Below, one piece after another: positions 20,335-30,060 of a stretch of 64,000 nucleotides of DNA. Location of the stretch: the IMG/VR virus record IMGVR_UViG_3300025869_002060, positions 62,001 to 126,000 of that record, one strand, 5' to 3'. A program made the translations under genes and the position numbers. The notes under the pieces were generated by a model. It saw only the letters and a program-made list of their open reading frames with translations, did not search any database and was not told the DNA's origin. Positions within the stretch are counted from its first letter, which is position 1. Every line of letters starts with the position of its first letter.

Positions 20335-21087
20335 ATGTCTGAAGATTATAAAAATTATAGTGAGTGTTTATTTAAAAGTGTTCACGACAATCCTAGAGTT
20401 AAAGACTTTAGTAAAAAGAAGTCTGAGATTATTGATGAAGTGCTATCTTATTATAGTCTAAACAAGCATGCCATGAGTGTACTATTTGTAGGATTTAATC
20501 CAGCAATTCTTGTATGTGATTTTCAATCTATTTCTGTGACAGGGGTCACCAGTGAAGTAGTTGAATGGTTACAAAGTCATAATAGTAATATTGAATATGT
20601 TGACTTTGATAGTATTATAGGTAACGGTAATATATCATGGGACGCAATCGTAGCAGTAGATGAGTTCTTTACATATGCATTAGATGATGATTATCAAAAA
20701 GCATCCATTGCAAACATTTGTGGTTTGGCTAACGAAGTTGTTATAAGTACATTGAAGGACTATAAGAACTTGGACTTTAAAGAAAAGGAGTTTAGTCAAC
20801 CAGCAGTATTACGTAATGGTGAAAAATTTAAAATATTTACAGAGTTCCATGATTGGGATTTTAAAGATAGAAGTTGCTGGAAAACTTCAGTTTATGTAAA
20901 TGGATCTAATAATTCACAATACGGACCGTATAACCGAAAGACTATGTATTTTAAACAACTAGCAAAATTCAGCATTGATGCTGGAGCCAGCAGTTTTCTT
21001 GTACACAAGAACTTGATGTTCAAAGGATTAATCAAAAAGAACTACGAACACGTAGTTAGCATAAGATTCAATGATGAGTATAGATGA
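20335..21087 (+). CDS. Degenerate class I SAM-methyltransferase-like protein
   Basis: SVLFVGF at the motif I position and WDAIVAVDEFFTY resembling motif IV; glycine-rich loop eroded. Confidence 0.4.
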   Translation: MSEDYKNYSECLFKSVHDNPRVKDFSKKKSEIIDEVLSYYSLNKHAMSVLFVGFNPAILVCDFQSISVTGVTSEVVEWLQSHNSNIEYVDFDSIIGNGNISWDAIVAVDEFFTYALDDDYQKASIANICGLANEVVISTLKDYKNLDFKEKEFSQPAVLRNGEKFKIFTEFHDWDFKDRSCWKTSVYVNGSNNSQYGPYNRKTMYFKQLAKFSIDAGASSFLVHKNLMFKGLIKKNYEHVVSIRFNDEYR

Positions 21088-22327
21088 TACATTAAAAAAC
21101 TTAACAGACAATGTCACAGACACAATACTAAAAGATGTTAAAGCTAAAGCATCTGAGCATGTGTCAGCAGTTATTAAGGATCATATACAAAGTATGGACC
21201 TTGACAGCATTGTCAGCGAAAGTATTAAAACCCATGTAAACACATGGCTTGACAGTCATGAAGATTGGCTAACTAAAACTGTCAATCCAATTATTGACCT
21301 AGTAAGGCGTGATGCCAGTGCCGCAGTATTAGAAAAAGCATCAGACGATATCAAAGAAGCCATTGGTAAACAAGTATCAAAATTTGATGAATTAGCAACA
21401 AAAGGTTTTGCTGATCAATTCCATGCACGATTACGTGATTTTAATTTTCCTCCAGAAAGCATACCAGCCACTGCTTTAAAATTTAATCCAGAGACCATTA
21501 GTGGAGATAACATCAGCGGTGGAATACAACGCAACTTTAATTCAGTTGGCATACAGGATTTAGCCAATGATGTTCAGATGACTGTATCCAATGATGCTAC
21601 AACATTTGAAAATAAGCTAGTAGCCAGTGAACTTGAAGTTGTTGGTAAAACAACATTGAAGTTTGTTGAAATGGAAGGTATTAATACTGCTAGTCCGTTT
21701 TATCTAAAGTTGATTGAAAATGTTAGTACCAGTGCCGCACACAAAATCAATGATGACATATTCCAATCATACAGTGATAAGGTGTTTGATCGTATTGCTA
21801 TCGAAGGTGTTGACATTACAGTATTACGAGTAAACGGAAACGTTGTATTTGAAGATAATAAAATTGGCGGACATATAACAGAAAGCAATTTACGTAAAGT
21901 TGGTAGACTTAAAGAACTAGATATTGAAGGTGAGCTTTCTGTTAGCAACAACTCACTTTATGTATCGGGCAAAAGAGTTGGCATCAACACAACAGAACCA
22001 AGTGCGGCGTTAAGTGTGTGGGATAGTGAAGTAGAAGTAGAAATAAAAAGATTTGATCAAGACACTGCTGTTATACAAACTCCACGGAATCAAGATCTTG
22101 TTATATCATCAAATAAACAATCAAATTTACGTTTAACAGTTGATGGAACTACACAAGTACAAAAATTACAAATGGGTACTATGACTTTTAAAAGCTCTGA
22201 TAAACCACCAAATTATACTGATGGTAAAGGTGCAGTAGTATTCAATGCTAACCCAAGTCTAGGTGGTCCATTGGGCTGGGTTTGTTTAGGTGGAACTAAC
22301 TGGGCTAACTTTGGCGTCATTGACTAA
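21071..22327 (+). CDS. Probable virion structural (fibre-like) protein
   Basis: Helical N-terminus; RVGINTTEPSAALSV; C-terminal PLGWVCLGGTNWANFG typical of fibre ends. Confidence 0.55.
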   Translation: MMSIDDTLKNLTDNVTDTILKDVKAKASEHVSAVIKDHIQSMDLDSIVSESIKTHVNTWLDSHEDWLTKTVNPIIDLVRRDASAAVLEKASDDIKEAIGKQVSKFDELATKGFADQFHARLRDFNFPPESIPATALKFNPETISGDNISGGIQRNFNSVGIQDLANDVQMTVSNDATTFENKLVASELEVVGKTTLKFVEMEGINTASPFYLKLIENVSTSAAHKINDDIFQSYSDKVFDRIAIEGVDITVLRVNGNVVFEDNKIGGHITESNLRKVGRLKELDIEGELSVSNNSLYVSGKRVGINTTEPSAALSVWDSEVEVEIKRFDQDTAVIQTPRNQDLVISSNKQSNLRLTVDGTTQVQKLQMGTMTFKSSDKPPNYTDGKGAVVFNANPSLGGPLGWVCLGGTNWANFGVID

Positions 22328-22351
22328 GTGAGGTATTTTGGAGATTAATTA

Positions 22352-23323
22352 ATGAAAGAGACTGTACTTGGAAAAAATTTCGGCTTGATGCTAGAAGACG
22401 TTGACTTAGTCAAGTATTCATCCGAAAATTTTGAAGAATTATATAGCAAATTTGTACACAATAAATTCTTGGTTATTCGAGGACATCGCGAATTAACTGA
22501 TCACGAGTTTTCAAACACGTTTACTATGTTTGGAGATGGGTTCGTTTGGGACGAGGCATTTGAACGAACTGGAGTTGGTGAAGTACATAAAATCATTCAT
22601 AGAGATACTCCTCCATCAGCAGGAAAAGAAAATGCCTGGCACAACGAACTTAGTTGGCAAAAAAATCCTTGTAAGGCTGTGGTAATTAATTTAAAAGTTG
22701 TTCCAGCATATGGCAGTGATACATTATGGATTGATACTAATAAAGTATGGGAAAACTTGCCGGCGCCATTGCGTCAACTTATACATAAAAAATCAGCATT
22801 ACATTCTCCACCAACAGAAAATTATCATACAGAAATTGTAAAAATGAAAGAGCAACAAGCCGATAAAGGTTTTGAAACAGATGCTATTCATCCAATGGTT
22901 ATTCAGCATCCAGATACAGGCTTGTGGCACGTATATGTTAATCCGTTGTTTACTCAATACATCAAAGGCATGGCAAAGAAAGATAGTTATTGGGTACTTC
23001 ATCAAATATACGACACATTTCATATACCTGAATTCCAGTATAGACATAGATGGCAACCAGGTGATATTATCCTATGGGACAACAGATCCACAGTACATTA
23101 TGCATGTAGTGGGTACTTTCCAAACTATCGTGAAAGCAGACGATTAATGCTCATAAGCCAAAAAGGTAAACCAGAGTGGAATACAGTTGATCATCTTCCG
23201 TTGCCTTCTGAAGAAGAATACTTTAGAAGTAACCCAGAGTTCTACGGAGGTATAAGACGCCACCGAAATAGAAAACAATGGTTCACTAGAGATATTGAAA
23301 AATTGCTTGAACAATACGGTTGA
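22352..23323 (+). CDS. TauD/TfdA-family 2OG-dependent dioxygenase
   Basis: WHNELSW (HxE), GSDTLWID, HPMVIQHPDTG, YRHRWQPGDIILWDNRSTVH, RR. Confidence 0.92.
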   Translation: MKETVLGKNFGLMLEDVDLVKYSSENFEELYSKFVHNKFLVIRGHRELTDHEFSNTFTMFGDGFVWDEAFERTGVGEVHKIIHRDTPPSAGKENAWHNELSWQKNPCKAVVINLKVVPAYGSDTLWIDTNKVWENLPAPLRQLIHKKSALHSPPTENYHTEIVKMKEQQADKGFETDAIHPMVIQHPDTGLWHVYVNPLFTQYIKGMAKKDSYWVLHQIYDTFHIPEFQYRHRWQPGDIILWDNRSTVHYACSGYFPNYRESRRLMLISQKGKPEWNTVDHLPLPSEEEYFRSNPEFYGGIRRHRNRKQWFTRDIEKLLEQYG

Positions 23324-23381
23324 CATTATCTAATATTTGTGTTACATTGTAGTTTGTATTAAGTAACATAGAGTTCACACA

Positions 23382-24416
23382 ATGTCTTTTGATCAAAGTA
23401 CACATCGTGTTGGTTTTGCCTGTAAATATTTGCACCCAGACCAAACACAAAAGAAGAAACTGCTAGAAGAAATTCAGCGTCCGTTAACTGAAAAGTGTAC
23501 AACAGTACAATGGCTCAATAGACAAACTGTAGATGTTGCAGAACAACGGCTGTGGGATATTATGGTTCATAACACTCAAGCAGTTTACAATCTAGTTGAA
23601 TGGGTTGGCTCACAAGAGCCAGAGCTTAGAATGGTACGTATTGGCAGTAATCAATTGCCTATGTATACACAACCAGATTGGCGTTATTTTTGGCAACAAC
23701 CAGATGTTAGAGAATATGCATCTAAAGAATATGCCAAGGCAGGTGATCTTGCACGTAAACTAGATGTGCGTCTAAGTATGCACCCTGGTCAGTTTACTGT
23801 TCTTGCTAGTGATAGCCCAGATATAGTAAATAGAAGTATAGAGGAGTTTGAATACCATGCAGATATTATCAGATGGATGGGCTACGGCCAACAATTCCAG
23901 GACTTTAAGTGCAACGTCCATATCTCGGGTCGAGCCGGTCCACAAGGCATCAGACAAGCATTACCGCGACTCTCCCCAGAAGCAAGAAACACAATCACGA
24001 TCGAAAACGACGAAATGTCGTGGGGCCTCGAAGCATCGCTCGAACTCCAAAATGATGTCGCACTCGTACTTGACATACACCACCACTGGGTCTCTTCAGG
24101 AGAATACATACTACCCACCGACGATAGACTTCGACGTGTAAAAGATAGTTGGCGTGGTGTCCGACCTGTTATACATTATTCTTACAGTCGTAACGAGCAT
24201 TTACCAGCAGATTTTGCACACGACACTAAGCCCAACATGGAGCAACTGCTAGAATCTGGTTCTAAAAAGCAGAAACTTAGAGCTCATAGCGATTACTATC
24301 CTAATCCACTTGTTAACCAATGGGCGGCTACATTCGCAGATAGCTTTGATATAATGTGCGAAAGCAAGTGTAAGAATCTTGCTAGTATGAAATTCTACAA
24401 CGAATATATTAAATGA
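23382..24416 (+). CDS. uvsE: UV DNA damage endonuclease UvsE/UVDE
   Basis: RVGFACK, RLSMHPGQF.VLAS, NVHISG, IENDE, LDIHHHW, HYS, RAHSD, IMCESK.K; GGTTGACA promoter upstream (~23318). Confidence 0.93.
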   Translation: MSFDQSTHRVGFACKYLHPDQTQKKKLLEEIQRPLTEKCTTVQWLNRQTVDVAEQRLWDIMVHNTQAVYNLVEWVGSQEPELRMVRIGSNQLPMYTQPDWRYFWQQPDVREYASKEYAKAGDLARKLDVRLSMHPGQFTVLASDSPDIVNRSIEEFEYHADIIRWMGYGQQFQDFKCNVHISGRAGPQGIRQALPRLSPEARNTITIENDEMSWGLEASLELQNDVALVLDIHHHWVSSGEYILPTDDRLRRVKDSWRGVRPVIHYSYSRNEHLPADFAHDTKPNMEQLLESGSKKQKLRAHSDYYPNPLVNQWAATFADSFDIMCESKCKNLASMKFYNEYIK

Positions 24417-24628
24417 ACAAACATTTTGAAGTCAATGGTTACGAATATTGGACTGACCTTGACGTAGAACCTGATGGCGACAATCAAAAACTATGGCACT
24501 ATTGCTTTAAGAAAGAAACCGAGATTCAAATGGGTAATGGTTTCTACAGTCATAGCCCATATAAATATATGAGTAAAGAAGAGTTTGCCAAACACATTCA
24601 AACTGTAGAAGTGTTTAATCAAGGATAA
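24413..24628 (+). CDS. Hypothetical protein
   Basis: 71-aa ORF overlapping the uvsE stop. Confidence 0.65.
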   Translation: MNKHFEVNGYEYWTDLDVEPDGDNQKLWHYCFKKETEIQMGNGFYSHSPYKYMSKEEFAKHIQTVEVFNQG

Positions 24629-24632
24629 CAAA

Positions 24633-25121
24633 ATGATTGGAATTGCAAGTGACCACGGCGGTTTTGTCCTAAAGCAATACTTGTTAGACAAAACACTGGG
24701 TTTCTCAAAAAATGCCCTAAGCGACTTTGGTTGTTACAACCTAGACAGTGTTGACTACCCAATATATGGTCATAAGATATCCGAGTCAATAACCAATGGA
24801 GAGATGGAACGTGGAATTATTATTTGCGGTACTGGTATTGGAATTAGCATTTCTGCTAATCGTCACCCTGGTGTAAGAGCCGCACTTTGTTACGATGTAA
24901 CAACGGCTAGACTGGCACGTGAACATAACAATGCAAATGTACTAGCACTAGGTGCTCGAATGACAGCACCAGAATTAGCATTAGAAATTTTAGATGTGTT
25001 TCTTAAAACAGAATTTGAAGGTGGGCGTCATAAGAATCGTGTAGATGCTATTGAACTGCCAAACAAGAAATCATTCAGTACCCGCTGGCGACCATACATA
25101 CTTGGGAGCAGGTCCAAGTAA
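24633..25121 (+). CDS. rpiB: Ribose-5-phosphate isomerase B
   Basis: IASDHGG, VDYP, GIIICGTGIGISISAN, AREHNNANVLALGAR, FEGGRH..R. Confidence 0.96.
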   Translation: MIGIASDHGGFVLKQYLLDKTLGFSKNALSDFGCYNLDSVDYPIYGHKISESITNGEMERGIIICGTGIGISISANRHPGVRAALCYDVTTARLAREHNNANVLALGARMTAPELALEILDVFLKTEFEGGRHKNRVDAIELPNKKSFSTRWRPYILGSRSK

Positions 25122-25322
25122 ACGACGAGCAACGGCTACGGTGTGTTTACATTTACCTCTAAATCCAAAGCCAGGACAACTACAATCAAATCCTTTTGGA
25201 TGTAGCTCAACTTCGTAGGTGTTACCTTTACTTCCTTCTACAGGCCACACCATACCAAGAAAACAATGATTTTCAGTGTTCATATCTTCCGGCTTGTAAA
25301 AAGTTGGTTTAAATTTAGGCAT
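25071..25322 (-). CDS. SWIM zinc-finger protein
   Basis: GSKGNTYEV...FDCSCPGFGFRGKCKH (CxC...CxH). Confidence 0.85.
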   Translation of the reverse strand: MPKFKPTFYKPEDMNTENHCFLGMVWPVEGSKGNTYEVELHPKGFDCSCPGFGFRGKCKHTVAVARRLLGPAPKYVWSPAGTE

Positions 25323-25536
25323 TATCAGTTACCTCAAAATTTGGGTCGTTATGCAGTTTGACCCAACGTCCATCAAAACCTTTGTGGTCTCGCGGACCTT
25401 CTGTTTTATTTTCGCTACGTAGCATCATAGCACCACGGCGAATCTCTTCAACAAGCCAACGAGTACCATGCTGATGTATCCGGTTTTTGCCGTGGCGTGT
25501 TTTGCCTTTGAGCTCTATCCAGTTTCCTACTTGCAT
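25315..25536 (-). CDS. Hypothetical early protein
   Basis: Start MQVGNW at 25536 with AAGGAG SD, behind a promoter-repeat copy. Confidence 0.7.
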   Translation of the reverse strand: MQVGNWIELKGKTRHGKNRIHQHGTRWLVEEIRRGAMMLRSENKTEGPRDHKGFDGRWVKLHNDPNFEVTDNA

Positions 25537-25544
25537 CGTCTGCT

Positions 25545-25592
25545 CCTTAATTGTTATGTACATTATACGGCAATTTGCCCAAAAGGTCAACC
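25545..25592 (-). promoter_or_regulatory. Early promoter repeat copy (minus strand)
   Basis: GGTTGACCTTTTGGGCAAATTGCCGTATAATGTACATAACAATTAAGG. Confidence 0.8.
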
Positions 25593-25701
25593 AAAAAAAG
25601 GTGGATTTTTCTGGTAAAATCAGGCAGATTTCAGTTGACAACTGCTTATACATATGCTATAGTGTATGTATAAGTTAACATAGCAGAGAGGGATACACGC
25701 T

Positions 25702-25890
25702 ATGACATTCCAACAACAGGTAGCCAAGTTCGTAAGCGATAACCTAGATCGTACAGCCGACCGCTATGAACAGATTTGGTCAATCAAGTCGGCACTGCTC
25801 GCACATGGTCATCAACTGCTGGCAACAGACAGAGAGACTATCGATAGTGTGCTAGATGTGCTGTTCGAAGAATACAATTTTCCAGCATAA
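25702..25890 (+). CDS. Hypothetical early protein
   Basis: TTGACA-N17-TATAGT promoter (25635-25663) and GAGG SD. Confidence 0.7.
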   Translation: MTFQQQVAKFVSDNLDRTADRYEQIWSIKSALLAHGHQLLATDRETIDSVLDVLFEEYNFPA

Positions 25891-25929
25891 AGAGGTTGAC
25901 AAAACACTAGGATGTGCTATTATATGTGT

Positions 25930-26250
25930 ATGATAAGGAAAAAACGCACAGACAGAAACCACATTATCTACAAGATCTCCAGTGGAGAAGACTTCTACAT
26001 TGGTGTTACTGCTAAGACACAGAGCACCGAAAAGAAGTCCTTGCAGGTACGTTTTAACAAGCACGTATACCGTAGCCGTAGCGAAAACAAGGGCTGGTTG
26101 CTATACGAAGAAATGCGCCGTAAGGGTGTAGACGAATTTACTGCTGAAGTACTTGAAATAGTACGCGGAAAGACACCTGCTCACAAACGAGAACGTGAAC
26201 TTATTTCAGAGTTACAACCCACTCTAAACACCGATATGCGAGGGTGTTAA
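25930..26250 (+). CDS. Stand-alone GIY-YIG domain protein
   Basis: IIYKI...FYIGVT, RFNKH, ERELI..LQPTLN. Confidence 0.8.
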   Translation: MIRKKRTDRNHIIYKISSGEDFYIGVTAKTQSTEKKSLQVRFNKHVYRSRSENKGWLLYEEMRRKGVDEFTAEVLEIVRGKTPAHKRERELISELQPTLNTDMRGC

Positions 26251-26254
26251 AAAA

Positions 26255-26303
26255 GGTTGACCTTTTGGGAAAGATGTCGTATACTACAAGAACAATAAGG
26301 AAA
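26255..26303 (+). repeat. Early promoter repeat copy
   Basis: GGTTGACCTTTTGGGAAAGATGTCGTATACTACAAGAACAATAAGGAAA; 48/49 identical to 36986-37034. Confidence 0.9.
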
Positions 26304-26314
26304 TGGAGAAACAA

Positions 26315-26590
26315 ATGAACGCCTTAGATATTGCCCGTGAAATTAAACAAGGTACTTTTACTGCCGATGAACTTGAACTGTTAACTCAGTCATTGAGGTT
26401 TGCTCGTGCAGAAAACGGTCGTGATACCATTCGTAAACTTATGGTAGGCGACAAGGTTAAATTTAATGGTCGTAGGAACAGAGTTGTTAAAGGTACTGTT
26501 ACGAAGATCAAGATCAAAAACGTTGTGGTTAAGGATGACAGCTCACATTCGAGTTGGAATGTTCCTGCCCAGATGCTTGAGTTGGCTTAA
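26315..26590 (+). CDS. Hypothetical protein with SH3/KOW-like C-terminus
   Basis: LMVGDKVKF..R...KGTVTKIKIKNVVV...WNVP. Confidence 0.65.
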   Translation: MNALDIAREIKQGTFTADELELLTQSLRFARAENGRDTIRKLMVGDKVKFNGRRNRVVKGTVTKIKIKNVVVKDDSSHSSWNVPAQMLELA

Positions 26591-26820
26591 TGATTACAGA
26601 GCAACTCACAAAGAGCTTGGAGGGTCTTGCACATGGTGCAGACCCGTCCCAAGAGCTGACGAAGCTAACCTCAGATGAGATATATAGTCTTCAGCTATTC
26701 GTCGACAATTTAAATAATCAACTTCAGGACATAAGGGAATCTGTTCTTGGTACTACGTTTGATTTGTCTTCTTCTCACCCCTTGTTAGACGTAGGAATAA
26801 AAAGTGCAAAAGAAAAATAA
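26590..26820 (+). CDS. Hypothetical protein
   Basis: TAATG-coupled 76-aa ORF. Confidence 0.55.
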   Translation: MITEQLTKSLEGLAHGADPSQELTKLTSDEIYSLQLFVDNLNNQLQDIRESVLGTTFDLSSSHPLLDVGIKSAKEK

Positions 26821-26821
26821 G

Positions 26822-26992
26822 ATGGAACCAATGAAGCCTGAGAAAGCGGCCGCTAAGGCTGTTTTTGAAATGCAGATGAATACCAAAGAAGCAATTCGTT
26901 TTGTTGAACGAAGAGCTAGGGTTGATGAAAAAACTGCTAAGAAAGCGATTGAAGATGCACCAGTCTGGTACAAAAATAAAGACAAAGATTAG
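26822..26992 (+). CDS. Hypothetical protein
   Basis: Small charged ORF in the operon. Confidence 0.55.
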   Translation: MEPMKPEKAAAKAVFEMQMNTKEAIRFVERRARVDEKTAKKAIEDAPVWYKNKDKD

Positions 26993-27227
26993 CATCGTGG
27001 CTTTAACGGCTATGTTGGCAATGGGCGGTTGCACTGCCTATCATAAGCCACAGTATAGCATGGCTGTTGAATCTGGAGTAAGTGTTGATTGTCGTAATGC
27101 TCATATTATGATTAATTATTATGCTGAGCTACTAGACAAAGAGATTAACGAACCCATTTATGCCGACGATTACAATCGTGGACTTATGCATCAAATTACA
27201 AGAATTCGTTCAGTGTGCGGAGTATAG
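26955..27227 (+). CDS. Putative lipoprotein
   Basis: KIKTKISIVALTAMLAMGG-C lipobox-like signal. Confidence 0.6.
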   Translation: MHQSGTKIKTKISIVALTAMLAMGGCTAYHKPQYSMAVESGVSVDCRNAHIMINYYAELLDKEINEPIYADDYNRGLMHQITRIRSVCGV

Positions 27228-27230
27228 ACA

Positions 27231-27698
27231 ATGAAAGTTAAACATGTATTAGGAATGTTTGCTGTATTTGCAACTCTAACATCTGGTGCTACGGCTACAG
27301 TAGCCAACGAAACTTGGAGAATGAATCCCGATCATCTTAATAATTTTAGGTATGATTGTAGAGTAAAAGAACAACAACTTGCCTTTTTGGCATCGCAATT
27401 ACCCACACCATGGGAAGTATTTAAAGGTGATGTATTTGGCAATGGTATACTTTCACAGGTGCTTCACTTACATGCTGGCACATATAAACGACACCGAGCA
27501 GTACGTAATCGCTCACAACAGGCTGTCGTAAAATGGATCATGCATGATATTGTTACAAACTGTGATTGGCACACAATTAGATCACCGCAATGTATGCAAA
27601 TTACTGATGAATCAGATTATGGTACTTCTGTTGCGAAACGTTGCTATGATGGGCGAAACCCACAGCCTATTATTAACAAGTGGGAAAAGGTTGACTAA
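27231..27698 (+). CDS. Secreted hypothetical protein
   Basis: Signal peptide MKVKHVLGMFAVFATLTSGATA; four Cys. Confidence 0.65.
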   Translation: MKVKHVLGMFAVFATLTSGATATVANETWRMNPDHLNNFRYDCRVKEQQLAFLASQLPTPWEVFKGDVFGNGILSQVLHLHAGTYKRHRAVRNRSQQAVVKWIMHDIVTNCDWHTIRSPQCMQITDESDYGTSVAKRCYDGRNPQPIINKWEKVD

Positions 27699-27752
27699 TG
27701 GTAACTTCTGTGTTACTATATCAACAATGTTAAATGTTTATGGAGAAACATT

Positions 27753-28352
27753 ATGAATAAGAAGCTAGTTATTGTTCCGTTGATTGCTACGGCGTTCCTT
27801 GGTGCCTGTTCTTCGCAGAACAAGTGGGAAGAACGTGCTGAGCGAAGGATGGAATTACGCCAGGAACGAGTTGAAAGTGCTCTCGACGAGGCTCCAGACT
27901 GGATGACTGAACTCCCTGAAAATAGTAATTCTGTAGTGTATGCGAGCGGAACTGCTTCTTCAGGAGACTTTAATATGGCAATGGGTGTAGCCAGGACAAA
28001 TGCTTTTGAAGGTATTTGTATGGCGGCAGGCGGAGCCGTAAAGAGTCAGACTAAAGTGTACAGAAATGATACACAAAAGTCAACATCAAGCATGAATACT
28101 ACTGCTATTAAGAGTATTTGCCCATCAGTTGATATTACTGGTGCAGAGATTGTTGAAAGCAAGATAGTGCCAGAATACGGTATGTTCAGAGCATACGTTT
28201 TGGCCGCATTGCCAATTGGTGAAGCTAACGTGTTAAAGACTACTAAAGTTAATAACCACCTTAGCAAACTTAGCATTCAATCACGATCCGCTGAGTTTAA
28301 GGAACTTGATAAAGAGTCTGATAAACTCGTAAATAGAGTTCCGGTTCAATAA
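27753..28352 (+). CDS. Lipoprotein (LPP20-like)
   Basis: LGA-C lipobox, APDWM, YASGTA.S, RAYVL; GGAG SD. Confidence 0.75.
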   Translation: MNKKLVIVPLIATAFLGACSSQNKWEERAERRMELRQERVESALDEAPDWMTELPENSNSVVYASGTASSGDFNMAMGVARTNAFEGICMAAGGAVKSQTKVYRNDTQKSTSSMNTTAIKSICPSVDITGAEIVESKIVPEYGMFRAYVLAALPIGEANVLKTTKVNNHLSKLSIQSRSAEFKELDKESDKLVNRVPVQ

Positions 28353-28367
28353 TACCAATATATAAAC

Positions 28368-28399
28368 AAAAACGGCGCTTCACAGGCGCCGTTTTTTTT
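28368..28399 (+). terminator. Intrinsic terminator
   Basis: AAAAACGGCGC-loop-GCGCCG followed by T8. Confidence 0.9.
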
Positions 28400-28429
28400 G
28401 ACTAAAAATAGAACACCTTAAATACTAAT

Positions 28430-29470
28430 ATGAATATATGTTACCAACCTTGGGTAGGACTTGATATTAGTCCACAAGGAGAATACAAACCTTGTTGCAA
28501 ATACTCACATGCAATCAGTGACAACTACAACGATTATCGTAACAGTGATGAACTTAACCAATTAAAACTAGATCATCTCAACGGTAAACGTCCTGACGGT
28601 TGTGCCAGATGTTGGAAAGATGAAGATAACGGGTTACCCAGCAAAAGGCAAATGGATTACGAATATCATTTGAATTCACAGCCTCCTGAACTTGAAAAAA
28701 CGTTGTTGTTAAGTGTAGCATTTGGTAATACATGCAATCTAGCATGTCGCATATGTTCTAGTTATAGCAGTAGTCGCTGGAGCAACGAAGCAAAAAAACT
28801 TGGCGCTTTGTTTCCCAAGTTCATGCATCAGCAATTCTACAAAACAGATGAGTTTAAATCAATGTTGAATGACCTAAGTGGAGACTTGGTTCATATTGAT
28901 ATTCCTGGCGGAGAGCCATTTTTAACTGAAATACCAGAACATATTGAATTCTTAAAACATTTGATTGCTATTGACAATACACCAAGTCTACATTACACAA
29001 CTAACGGAACTCAATGGCCAAAAGGATTAACCAAATTATGGAACCATTTTCCAGAAGTAGATATACAACTAAGTCTTGACGGTACAGGTTCTAAATTTGA
29101 ATACCAACGTTGGCCTGCTAAATGGGATATTGTATACGAGAATATTAAACAATTCCAAGAACTATCAAATAAACATCAGAATATAAGGTTAAGTGTTAGT
29201 CATTCTGTTAGCATATATAATATATTAGACTTAGACAATTTCAAAACATGGTGTGATGCAGAAGGACTACCAACACCATGGATAGGCTTGGTAACAAGAC
29301 CCGAGTACTTAGATATAAAGTGTGCTCCGGAAAATTTTAAAGATAATTTGGATAATATAGACTTTGACAATTTTATAAAATATGTTAATATACTAGACAG
29401 TTCACGAGGACAAAACTTTAAAACTACTTTTCCTGAGCTATGGAATTTAATTAACGATAGGAAGAAATGA
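28430..29470 (+). CDS. Radical SAM protein with N-terminal SPASM/twitch-like Cys cluster
   Basis: CYQPW...KPCC...CARC; CNLACRIC (CxxxCxxC); GGEP; YTTNGT; SLDG; TAAATA-N5-ATG start. Confidence 0.88.
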   Translation: MNICYQPWVGLDISPQGEYKPCCKYSHAISDNYNDYRNSDELNQLKLDHLNGKRPDGCARCWKDEDNGLPSKRQMDYEYHLNSQPPELEKTLLLSVAFGNTCNLACRICSSYSSSRWSNEAKKLGALFPKFMHQQFYKTDEFKSMLNDLSGDLVHIDIPGGEPFLTEIPEHIEFLKHLIAIDNTPSLHYTTNGTQWPKGLTKLWNHFPEVDIQLSLDGTGSKFEYQRWPAKWDIVYENIKQFQELSNKHQNIRLSVSHSVSIYNILDLDNFKTWCDAEGLPTPWIGLVTRPEYLDIKCAPENFKDNLDNIDFDNFIKYVNILDSSRGQNFKTTFPELWNLINDRKK

Positions 29471-30060
29471 TGCCCAATTTAATACCCACAGTTCTTGAAA
29501 AAACAAGCGAAGGTGAACGTGCCTATGACATTTATAGCCGTTTGCTCAAAGATAGAATTGTATTACTTGATACTGAAGTAAATGAACATAGTGCAAGTTT
29601 GCTTGTTAGTCAATTTTTATTCTTAGAAGCAGATGATCCTGATAGCGATATTATGTTTTATATTAACAGTCCTGGTGGTAGTGTTACTGCTGGTATGGCT
29701 ATATATGATGTTATGCAATTTGTTAAAAGTGATGTTTCAACCATTGTTATGGGACAAGCCTGTTCAATGGGTAGTCTATTAAGCACGGCTGGTGCCGCTG
29801 GAAAACGTTTTATTCTCCCACATGCAAGACACATGATTCATCAACCAAGCGGTGGTGCCAGAGGACAAGCAACAGACATGCAAATACAGGTAGAAGAGAT
29901 TATAGAAATGAAACGTTATCTAACTCAAATCTACGTTGACCACAATAGCAAAGGAAAAACATTTGAAGAGTTTGCTGAAGGTATGGAAAGAGACAATTTT
30001 ATGTCCGCACAACAATCAGTTGATTTTGGACTGGTAGATGAGATTCTAACCAAACGATGA
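29467..30060 (+). CDS. clpP: ATP-dependent Clp protease proteolytic subunit ClpP
   Basis: [34 protein letters not shown] (Ser), MIHQP (His), ERDNFM (Asp). Confidence 0.97.
   Translation: MMPNLIPTVLEKTSEGERAYDIYSRLLKDRIVLLDTEVNEHSASLLVSQFLFLEADDPDSDIMFYINSPGGSVTAGMAIYDVMQFVKSDVSTIVMGQACSMGSLLSTAGAAGKRFILPHARHMIHQPSGGARGQATDMQIQVEEIIEMKRYLTQIYVDHNSKGKTFEEFAEGMERDNFMSAQQSVDFGLVDEILTKR

Noticed and set aside
25930-26250. GIY-YIG ORF as an intron-encoded homing endonuclease
   Set aside because: It is free-standing with its own promoter, interrupts no gene, and has no C-terminal DNA-binding domain or intron structure.
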